A stretch of 44,158 nt of DNA from Chrysochromulina tobinii (taxonomy: Eukaryota): contig JWZX01002829.1 of assembly GCA_001275005.1 (NCBI GenBank), forward strand, positions 1 through 44,158. Direction: 5' to 3'. The position numbers and the translations under genes are program-made. The notes beneath the pieces are model-generated. The model saw nothing but the letters and a program-made list of their open reading frames with translations. It made no database searches and was not told the DNA's origin. Of the stretch, positions 30,391 through 38,142 are shown in pieces; position 1 is the stretch's first letter; each line of letters opens with the position of its first letter.

Positions 30391-31221
30391 TTAAGCGGCC
30401 TGCTCGGGGATCGCCTGCATGATGTCGGAGTCACCAGTGTCGGTGATCGACAGCACCGAGGTGCGGAACAGCTTTCCGCACGCAGTGCCGAGGGTGATGT
30501 TGTTGCCGCTGTAGTGGTGCACAGCAGTCTTCGCAAGCATTGCATAGTACTCAATCTCAGACTTGCGCAGCGGCGGGCAGTTGTTGGAGATGAGGATGAG
30601 CTTAGCTGCAGAGCGCACGAGAGACAAGGGGAGGCAGGGCGTGTCAGGTAACAACTCGGGCCACGAAGGGCAAACTCGCTCGGGAAGCGCCCGAACGAGC
30701 AGGTGCAGGCGCGTGCAACGCCGATTGCTGCCTGTCTGCGCATGCGCAACTTCCACCGTCTTCATGCCTGTCCTGCTGCCGACCCCCGCCGCCTCCCGCT
30801 CGTGCCAGCAGCCCTTCTCTGGCTTGGCTGCAACATCATGATCACAGCTGCTTGCAATAGAGGGTCTGTCCCGACTGCGTCTGAACCAGCCTGGCAACTA
30901 TCCGAGCGAGCTGAGTGCGCGTGCGTGCGCTGCGCGGCGTCCGAGGGTAATGCTGCGCACATTTGCCGTTGCGCAGCGATTTCAGTGTGCTCTTGTAGCC
31001 CAGCAGTGCCTTGCCCGACTTCATGACGAGGCCAAGCTTGGCGTTCACCGAGTCCATGCCTGCCTTCTTCACCTTCTGCGAGCGCGAGAGCGCGACACGG
31101 TATGGTCAGCGCGTGCAGGCACACGGTACCAGGCTGCAGGGAGGATCGGTGCGCGTGAGCGTGCCTTTTCAGCCTTGGGGGCCTCAGCCGGAGCAGGGGC
31201 GGCCTCCTTCTTGGTCGGCAT
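30391..31221 (-). CDS. RPL30: 60S ribosomal protein L30 (eL30); exons 31221-31165, 31075-30961, 30605-30391
   Basis: Splicing joins ...[57 protein letters not shown]...[12 protein letters not shown]...GDSDI in frame. Intron 2 is GT-AG (355 nt); intron 1 is most plausibly GC-AG (89 nt). Confidence 0.95.
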
Positions 31222-31360
31222 TTTTGCTAGGCGACGTAAGCTAGGACGCTTTCTGTGGGGAAAAACGTGAAAGCGTAACCACCGACCTGGGAAACGCACT
31301 TTTCACGTGAACAGAAACTCACGGAGATTGGAGGGAAAGGCGCTTTTGCCTGCCAGCCGC

Positions 31361-34300
31361 TCACCCCAGCCGGATGAGCCCCTGGGCGTCGCACGCTGCG
31401 GCAAGCAGAGGCATGCACGGCTCGGCCAGCTGCACGCAGCGCTGCTCAGCGAGGGTAAGAAGCCGTCGTATCCGTCGCCGGAGCGCCGGAGCGCCGAGCG
31501 TCGCCGGCCGGTGCTGGCAGATGACGCTCACGGCGGCCCAGCCCAGGTACTCGACCTCACACCCCGCGAGCAGCGTCGACGCACAGCGCCCGTGTGGCGC
31601 CAACTGTACGGCGCGCCGCTGGTGCGTGCGCGCGACGCGGCTGCCGTAGAGCACGCATGCCTCGAGGGCGCGCGCAAGGGCGTCGGGCGCCGCGTCCTGC
31701 TGGCTGAGGTGCGAGGATAGCAGCGCGTGCAGAAAGGCGTGGAAGATGTTCCGTCGCACCACTAGTCCCGAGTTGAGCTGTGGGTCGACAAACGCACGAT
31801 GGAGTTTCGGCTTGAGCCCCTTGCATGCAAGTGCGAGCCAACGCGCGAGCGAGACCGATCCGCGGCGCGGCCGGTGCTCGCGCGCCGCGAGCAGCCGCGC
31901 CTTGCCAAGGTACGGGCGCGCCTCACACGTCTCCACGTCGATCAGCCAGCCGCACCACGGGAAAAAGCGGCGGCCTTGCGCGTCGGTGCACATGCCAGGA
32001 GGAAGCACGTGCACATCGTCGGCGTCGGCGTCGGCGCCGGCGTTGGTTGTGGCGTCGGCGTTGGTGGTGTCGACGATGGCATCGACGGTGGCGTCCATGG
32101 CGAGCGTAGCACCAGTGGAGGGGCGTGCGGTAGCAGGGTAGGTCCGCCCCTTGGACGGGTTGATGACAGAGCCGAAGGAGGACAATTGGTGCTCGAGGGA
32201 GGCGAGCAGGTTGGCTGGCTCTGGCAGCGGCATCGACGAGGGGTGCGCAGCGGTTGGGGTCGCGTCAAGGGTCTGCACGTGCAGAGTGTCGTCGATCAGC
32301 CTGAGTTGCAGTTGCAATGCATGCGGCTCGGCCGTTGGCGGAGCCGCCGGTGCCGCCCGTACCCGCACCGCCGTGCCCAGCGGTCCTTGGCGATCGCTAT
32401 CCAAGGCCGCGCGATGCGGCAGGTAGCGTGCGAGTATCGCGTGTTCATACGCGCCGTAATGCAAGGAGCAGAAGAGGGAGGAGAGCACTGAGCCTTGGGG
32501 CACCCCCATGCGCTGCACAAGGAATTGGCCGTCGAGCGCCACCACGTTGCAGAACACGTGCTCACGCATCTGTGCGAGTGCCAGCCGCGACGCCTGCGGA
32601 CGCACGGTCGCGCCCTCGATGAAGAGCGCGCCGTGCGCTGCGCCGCTCGCCGCGAGGCGCGCGGCGGCCGCCAGTGGGTCGGCGACGAGCCGGCCTCCGC
32701 ACACCTCGGTGAGCGTACGAGCGACGAGCCCTCCAGCCGACGGCCGGTACACACGGAAGCTTCGAGGGATGAGCACACGAGGGGGTGGGGGCGGCGCCGG
32801 CGCACGCGCTGCCGATCGACTCACGAGAGCGCCGCCCGTCGCCGTCGCCGCCGCCGCCGTCGTCGCGGGCACCGCTGCCATCGCTCGCCCGACGGGCGGT
32901 CCTGCAGTCGTGGTGAGCAGTAGCCTGAGCGCAAATTGGATCGCTTGGAAGAGTCGCGGCTGAGCGATCGTGTCGAAGCAGCCGGTGAGATCCGTCGACG
33001 AGAAGCGCAGCAGCGCGTCAGGTGCCAGGTGACGGCGCTCCGCGACGAAGTGGCGCCAGCGCACATGCACCTCCGACAGGCCCAGCAAGGAGGTGGCGAG
33101 CGCACTGGGCAGCCGGCGGCGCAGCGAGCTCAACAGAGGCAGCAGGTGCGCGAGCGCCGTGTTCACTGGCTCATGGAGGGCACCGCGAGCCGCGAGCGTG
33201 GGCGCGCCGTCGGCCTCCCTGGCGTCCTGGCGCCATCGCTTGGGCAGACGCACCGCACGACTCAGGTTATGGATTGTACGGAAGTCGCCCCGCCCCTTAG
33301 GAAGCAATTGGAGAGTCGCACACCCACTCGAGCGTTCAGGGTCCGTGAGGAGGCGGAAGGCCTCAGGGGCCGACAACGGGTAGAGTGAGGCACGGCGCAC
33401 CTTGCGGCACGCGCGCCGGAAGGCCCGCCGCCAAATGCCTCGTGGCCACGGACTGTACGAGAGGGCATCAGCGTACCGCTGCGGCGACTTACAGACGAAC
33501 GTTCGTCGCAGGCTGGGAAGCAGTAAACGGAGGACCAACCACTGTCCCAAGCTGCGCAACCGCCGGCGAGCACAGGCGGCGTGGCGCGCCCCCTTGCCGC
33601 GGCTGCCCTTGAAAGCGATGCCTAGCGACCGGCGCGAGGCGCGCGGCATGCGCATGGCTTTGGTAGGCGCTTGCATCCCGGCTTCTGTGGCCGTGAGCGG
33701 CTGGGCGACCGGCTTAACGGAGTGGTGGAGCTTGGAGCGCTTGTGATCGAGATCACGGTCGAGATCGGCAGGCTCGCTCTGAGACGCCGCCGCGGCTGCC
33801 GAGCGCTTGCGCTTCCTCTCCTTCCCCCTGCTCGTCGCTGGCACTCGTACGACGGATGGATGCTCGTGCTCAACAGAGGGGCGACGGCGCCCACGACAGC
33901 GCTTCCGTCCTCGGTCGGGGGCAGCGAGGGCGCCATTCGGAGCTGCGGATGCTGGGTGCTCCGTCGTGTGCAAACGCTCGGTGAGCTGCGCGGGGAGGCT
34001 CATGCGCCGCTCGCGCACCCCTGACGCCAAAGTGCCCGTGTGCGCGGCGGCGGCAAGCAGCGCACGCACATTGTGACTCGATCCGAGCAGTTGGGTTGGG
34101 ATGACCGCAGCGCCGACGGCCCATGTGAAGTTGTGGACGTGCGCCCAGGTGACGGCGGAGACCGCGGCGGCGGGCGGGTGGGGCGGGAGGTGCGCGCACA
34201 GCAACTTGTGGTACGATGTGCGTCGGTGCCGCCGCACAAGCGACCGGATGAGTACTCGCATCTGGCGTCGTGTTGGTACGATGACTGCGCAGCGACGCGG

Positions 34301-34930
34301 GGGCACGGGTTCCGGGAATGGATGTGGTGGTGGCTGCGGCAGTGGCAGCGGCGGCACGGGAACGGCCGCCGCAATCGGCGCGGGCTCCGGAGAGTCCATC
34401 AAGAGGTCGTCGGTGGCCTCGGCAGCTTTCCTGGCGAGGGCTGTGGCCTCGGCGGCTGCCTGGGCCGCAGCGCGTTGTCGCGTGGCCTTGCGCCGCCGCC
34501 AGCTGCTAAGACGAGGGCGCTTGTTGCTAGAAATATCGTGAGGAACGTCCATGTGCCCACTTTCGTCTTCATCTTTGGGCGGTGGCGGCGGCGGCAAACC
34601 GCGCACCCTTGGAACCGGACACGCTGGCAGGTTTGCGCTCTTTGCTGAAGTACGTAGAGGTGGCGGTCCGCTGAACTGGAAGACGCAGTTGTTGGGCAGG
34701 GGCCATAGCATGGTTTGGCTGAGCAGATGACGCACGGTGCCCTCACCAATCCGATGAGCAAGCATAGACATGCTCGCGCTGAGGGCCTGTGGACAGCGGC
34801 CCTCGATGACGTCAGATGATGCTGGCCCGCCCGTGTCGATGACGGGCGGAGGCACGCCGTCGCTTCGCTTTAGGACGAGTGTCCGTTGAAGCAGCGACAG
34901 GTAGTCCTTAGGGTCGTGCGGGTAGGACAT
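31361..34930 (-). CDS. TERT: Telomerase reverse transcriptase (divergent T motif and TEN domain), apparently intronless
   Basis: Motifs in order: GQ (HRIG...HLL...NNCVFQFSGPP), CP (YHKLLCAHLP), QFP (VHNF...IPTQLLGSSHN), T-like, 1/2 (LQLLPK...FRTIHNL), A (DLTGCFDTI), B' (GVPQGSVLSSLFCSLHYG), C (LRLIDD), D (INPSK), E (FPWCGWLID) and CTE (DPQLNS...RNIF). Confidence 0.93.
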   Translation of the reverse strand: MSYPHDPKDYLSLLQRTLVLKRSDGVPPPVIDTGGPASSDVIEGRCPQALSASMSMLAHRIGEGTVRHLLSQTMLWPLPNNCVFQFSGPPPLRTSAKSANLPACPVPRVRGLPPPPPPKDEDESGHMDVPHDISSNKRPRLSSWRRRKATRQRAAAQAAAEATALARKAAEATDDLLMDSPEPAPIAAAVPVPPLPLPQPPPHPFPEPVPPRRCAVIVPTRRQMRVLIRSLVRRHRRTSYHKLLCAHLPPHPPAAAVSAVTWAHVHNFTWAVGAAVIPTQLLGSSHNVRALLAAAAHTGTLASGVRERRMSLPAQLTERLHTTEHPASAAPNGALAAPDRGRKRCRGRRRPSVEHEHPSVVRVPATSRGKERKRKRSAAAAASQSEPADLDRDLDHKRSKLHHSVKPVAQPLTATEAGMQAPTKAMRMPRASRRSLGIAFKGSRGKGARHAACARRRLRSLGQWLVLRLLLPSLRRTFVCKSPQRYADALSYSPWPRGIWRRAFRRACRKVRRASLYPLSAPEAFRLLTDPERSSGCATLQLLPKGRGDFRTIHNLSRAVRLPKRWRQDAREADGAPTLAARGALHEPVNTALAHLLPLLSSLRRRLPSALATSLLGLSEVHVRWRHFVAERRHLAPDALLRFSSTDLTGCFDTIAQPRLFQAIQFALRLLLTTTAGPPVGRAMAAVPATTAAAATATGGALVSRSAARAPAPPPPPRVLIPRSFRVYRPSAGGLVARTLTEVCGGRLVADPLAAAARLAASGAAHGALFIEGATVRPQASRLALAQMREHVFCNVVALDGQFLVQRMGVPQGSVLSSLFCSLHYGAYEHAILARYLPHRAALDSDRQGPLGTAVRVRAAPAAPPTAEPHALQLQLRLIDDTLHVQTLDATPTAAHPSSMPLPEPANLLASLEHQLSSFGSVINPSKGRTYPATARPSTGATLAMDATVDAIVDTTNADATTNAGADADADDVHVLPPGMCTDAQGRRFFPWCGWLIDVETCEARPYLGKARLLAAREHRPRRGSVSLARWLALACKGLKPKLHRAFVDPQLNSGLVVRRNIFHAFLHALLSSHLSQQDAAPDALARALEACVLYGSRVARTHQRRAVQLAPHGRCASTLLAGCEVEYLGWAAVSVICQHRPATLGAPALRRRIRRLLTLAEQRCVQLAEPCMPLLAAACDAQGLIRLG

Positions 34931-35253
34931 GAGCCGTCGAGCGCGCGCGCGCGCGCCGCGCGAACGCGGCCGACGCGCGACATAGAAATCGATGTGCTGT
35001 GAACCTGACTGTTTCCGCGTCTTCGACCCGGGAAGAAGAGACGTCTCTCAGGCGCGCTCACAGGCCGCCCAACGGCGCAAGAAAGTACGTGGAAAAGTTC
35101 GGCGCCCCATCGGCAGTTTAGAAGGGCGAAGGGTCGGTGTTAATTCATGATTTGCAGCGCCGGCCTGTGCGCTGTGGGGTACTATTTGTACTCTGGGAGA
35201 GAATCGAAGCCTTTGCGAACTCGAATGCCCGTGGTACGGTAGATTCGCCCTTC

Positions 35254-35325
35254 TGTCCCGTGTGTGTCCCGTGTGTGTCCCGGCTCCCCCCGGTGCCTTT
35301 GAACACTCTTTGAACCGGTACCGGT
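35254..35325 (-). repeat. Copy D of dispersed repeat, in the TERT / EF-hand divergent intergenic region
   Basis: tgtcccgtgtgtgtcccgtgtgtgtcccggctccccccggtgccttt (reverse complement of the core), then accggtaccggt at 35314-35325. Confidence 0.85.
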
Positions 35326-35509
35326 GGTTTCAGAAATTGGGATCACGCCACATACGCGCGCCGCCGCGTCACACACGCGCCGCGGGAGTGTGGGTTCCGC
35401 GGCAGCCTTCATTGGCGTAGCCGGTACAGTCTCGCACAAGCCACTTCCAACGCTGCATTGTTGCTAGTTTTACTGCGGCCGTTGGTACTTTTAGCTTCCG
35501 GCGCGATCT

Positions 35510-37822
35510 ATGCCGCCCATTTGGGCCAAATCACCGAAGAACTTGGGTGCCCTGACAAGTGAGACGCTTCGCAACTTCTTCCGCTTCAGTGGCGGCATGA
35601 CGGTGATCCAGCATTTCCGTGGAATCGACCACGACCACGATGGTATACTCACTCTCGAGGATTTCATCATCGGTGTGCGGTCGATCGGCTTCGAGAACGC
35701 GACCGAGGAGGAGTGCACGTCTGTGTTCAAGTGGCTTGACGACGACGGTTCAGGTGCTGTGCCCTACCAGGAACTCGACAAAAAGCTGCGCGAGCACAGT
35801 ACATCACCCCAGCAGCCAGCGTCGATCAACCGAGTCCTCGCCTTCGCCAGGCTGAAGACTAACGGCAATCTCATGGACGCGAAAAAGGGCAAAGGCTGGA
35901 TGGATCGTGCGAGGACCAAGGTGGGGCGCCGCAAGTTCGAGGAGTTGATGCGCTCACAGGGCATTGATGGCGACGAGACGCTCAACTCCGTCGAAGCCTT
36001 TACGAAGCGTCAAACGCTTCGCAAGAACCGTTTGGTGACAGAAATGCTGACCATGTTTTGGGCAGTAGCTCTTTCCGTAGCCAAGCACCGGCCTCACGGG
36101 CGGCCCAACGCCGTCGATCTTAGCTTTGACGATTACTTGATCACGTACAAACAGATCTATCGTAAACTCGTCGGCGAAGACGATTACGACGAGGCGGAGG
36201 CCGAAGATAGCGCGCTCGAAGAGTTCTTCAGAGACGCGGGTGGGATGGGCTTCATGTCGCAGCACGCTTTCGTGGGCGGCATCTTCGAGGTCGCTGATCT
36301 CTACGTCGAATCACTCGAAGCCGAAGATTACGCTAACTTCTTGAACGATCTCCTCATGGAAATCGCGCCCGCCATCGCCAAGGCAAGCGGCATTCCACCG
36401 ATCGATTTGAAGAGGGACAAGGAAGCCCTGCTGCGTGTCGCGAGCGATGCAGAGCAGGCTGAGGTGAGAGGCATCAGTCAGCTCGCAGGCTGGGGACTCG
36501 ATGGATTGGACGGAGGCGCCGGGGGCCATAAAGAAGCAGCAGGTCAAGGTGTAAGTGGAGCAGCAGGTCAAGGCGGACGTGGTCTTGGGCATGCGGCAGA
36601 TCGAGACGTGAGTGGTCTCAGCGAGGCCGAGCGCCTCGCCGAGCTCAGGCGGCGGCAGGAGGCGGGCGAGCTCACTGACGAGGAACTCGCTGAATTGCGG
36701 CGGCTCGAGCGCGTCGCCGACCTCATGCGGCGACAGGCGGCGGGCGAGCTGACTGACGAGGAACTCGCTGAAATACGGCGGCTCCAGGGGGATCTCGGCG
36801 CGGAAGGCGGCAACAACGATACAAGCGGAGAGCGCGCACAACGTGCTTCCATCGGTGTCGAGGCGATGCTTGGTCCTTGGCCCTTCCACGTACGCCATCA
36901 GCCCCGTCGACCCGGCGAGCGAAGCCCACCCCGCGATCGGCCGCATTGCGTGGGCTGCAGAGGGGAGGCTATGCTGTGCGTCGAGTGTGATAGGCACACG
37001 TTGGCTTCAAGTCCCGAGTTGGCTGACCGATTGCGACAGGCCGTCCCTCTGCTTCGACTGCCCATGCTATCGCCTCTGCCTGGGGGCAAAGACCTTTGCG
37101 GCGATGGCTATAACCCTTGCCTGTTGCCGCGATTCACCATGGCGGTCCTGCGTCCGTCGCGATCGCTACCGCCTGGTGCCCTATCCTGCGGTTACGGCTA
37201 TGTTGGCTCTGTGTGTGTGGCCTCACAGGATCCCAGGATCGACCAGTACCGGCGCGCGATCAGCTCGCCACAGGCGCTCAAGGCGTACGTGGAAGGGCCA
37301 CGGACTAATCACCACCGTCGCAGTGAGATACTCGGTGAGGTCATCATGAATGAAGACAGGCGCCGCGATGTGTACACGCCCTACATCGGCCCCGACGACA
37401 TGATTGAAGTCGAGCACCAGGGCCGTGTGTCTGGGCGAGCGGGGCTGTCAACGACGCCGCCGCCCTTGCCGTGGTCGAGGCCGCGCACGACGCCGGCCTC
37501 GCCGCTCCTGTCACGACCGAGCACAAAGGGGGCTTCGTTGTTCCCGTCTCGTCCGGGTACGGTGTTTCCGTCACGTCCGGGTACAATGGGGACCTCGCGG
37601 TTCTTGTCACGTCCGGGCACACAGGGGGCTTCGACGTTCCCGTCACGTCCGGGTACGATGGGGACCTCGCCATCGCTTCTGTTTCATCCGGACCCCGAGC
37701 CAAGTACGCCGTGGCCCAGCCCGCCGAGCAAGACCGCGTACATGACGTCGTCCAGCATCCGTCATCTAGCTTCCTCAACCTCAATGGACACATTTGATAT
37801 CGGTTCGGGGTGGACACGATAA
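35510..37822 (+). CDS. EF-hand protein with duplicated SHOCT-like helices and SRPGT repeats
   Basis: EF loops DHDHDGILTLEDF and DDDGSGAVPYQEL; ERLAELRRRQEAGELTDEELAELRRL twice; (F)PSRPGT about five times near the C-terminus. Confidence 0.75.
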   Translation: MPPIWAKSPKNLGALTSETLRNFFRFSGGMTVIQHFRGIDHDHDGILTLEDFIIGVRSIGFENATEEECTSVFKWLDDDGSGAVPYQELDKKLREHSTSPQQPASINRVLAFARLKTNGNLMDAKKGKGWMDRARTKVGRRKFEELMRSQGIDGDETLNSVEAFTKRQTLRKNRLVTEMLTMFWAVALSVAKHRPHGRPNAVDLSFDDYLITYKQIYRKLVGEDDYDEAEAEDSALEEFFRDAGGMGFMSQHAFVGGIFEVADLYVESLEAEDYANFLNDLLMEIAPAIAKASGIPPIDLKRDKEALLRVASDAEQAEVRGISQLAGWGLDGLDGGAGGHKEAAGQGVSGAAGQGGRGLGHAADRDVSGLSEAERLAELRRRQEAGELTDEELAELRRLERVADLMRRQAAGELTDEELAEIRRLQGDLGAEGGNNDTSGERAQRASIGVEAMLGPWPFHVRHQPRRPGERSPPRDRPHCVGCRGEAMLCVECDRHTLASSPELADRLRQAVPLLRLPMLSPLPGGKDLCGDGYNPCLLPRFTMAVLRPSRSLPPGALSCGYGYVGSVCVASQDPRIDQYRRAISSPQALKAYVEGPRTNHHRRSEILGEVIMNEDRRRDVYTPYIGPDDMIEVEHQGRVSGRAGLSTTPPPLPWSRPRTTPASPLLSRPSTKGASLFPSRPGTVFPSRPGTMGTSRFLSRPGTQGASTFPSRPGTMGTSPSLLFHPDPEPSTPWPSPPSKTAYMTSSSIRHLASSTSMDTFDIGSGWTR

Positions 37823-37921
37823 CATGAACGTTAGCACGTAGTAATGTATAGTCTGTCTCTACGCATCTGCTTTTTAGTGATACTGATAGCTCCACAATCA
37901 CATGTAAAGACGAGACCTCTC

Positions 37922-38120
37922 TGCGAGCGGGAGAGAGGGGATGACGTCATGCTGACGTCATCGGTGAGGTGTGGGTCCTTTAGGCATGCTATCGGAACCA
38001 TACTTAGACCTGTTACATCCGTCGGAGATGAGACGAGATACCGGAGGGTCCGGAGGGGATTCCTTACGGGTGAGTTGAGACTGGTCGTGACCCTGTTGAG
38101 TCTAAACCCTCTTCTCGCGA
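37922..38120 (+). repeat. 5' LTR (right boundary approximate)
   Basis: 37922-37988 is identical to 44092-44158. ccctcttctcgc near 38107-38118 is an imperfect inverted copy of the start. Upstream 5-mer ctctc is the TSD candidate. Confidence 0.75.
37942..37960. promoter_or_regulatory. Tandem CRE/bZIP-type palindromes (TGACGTCA x2) in the LTR
   Basis: gatgacgtcatgctgacgtcatc, repeated in the 3' LTR. Confidence 0.45.
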
Positions 38121-38142
38121 CGCCTGGGGCTCAGCGGAGCCG

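Noticed and set aside
31361..34930. Alternative reading as a Penelope-like or non-LTR retroelement RT
   Set aside because: GQ, CP, QFP, WCG and CTE motifs are TERT-specific, and no GIY-YIG/APE endonuclease or element ends are seen.
38101..38110. CTAAACCCT, matching a plant-type telomerase RNA template
   Set aside because: A 9-mer inside an LTR, not conserved in the relic LTR, with no other telomerase RNA features. No telomerase RNA candidate was found near TERT.
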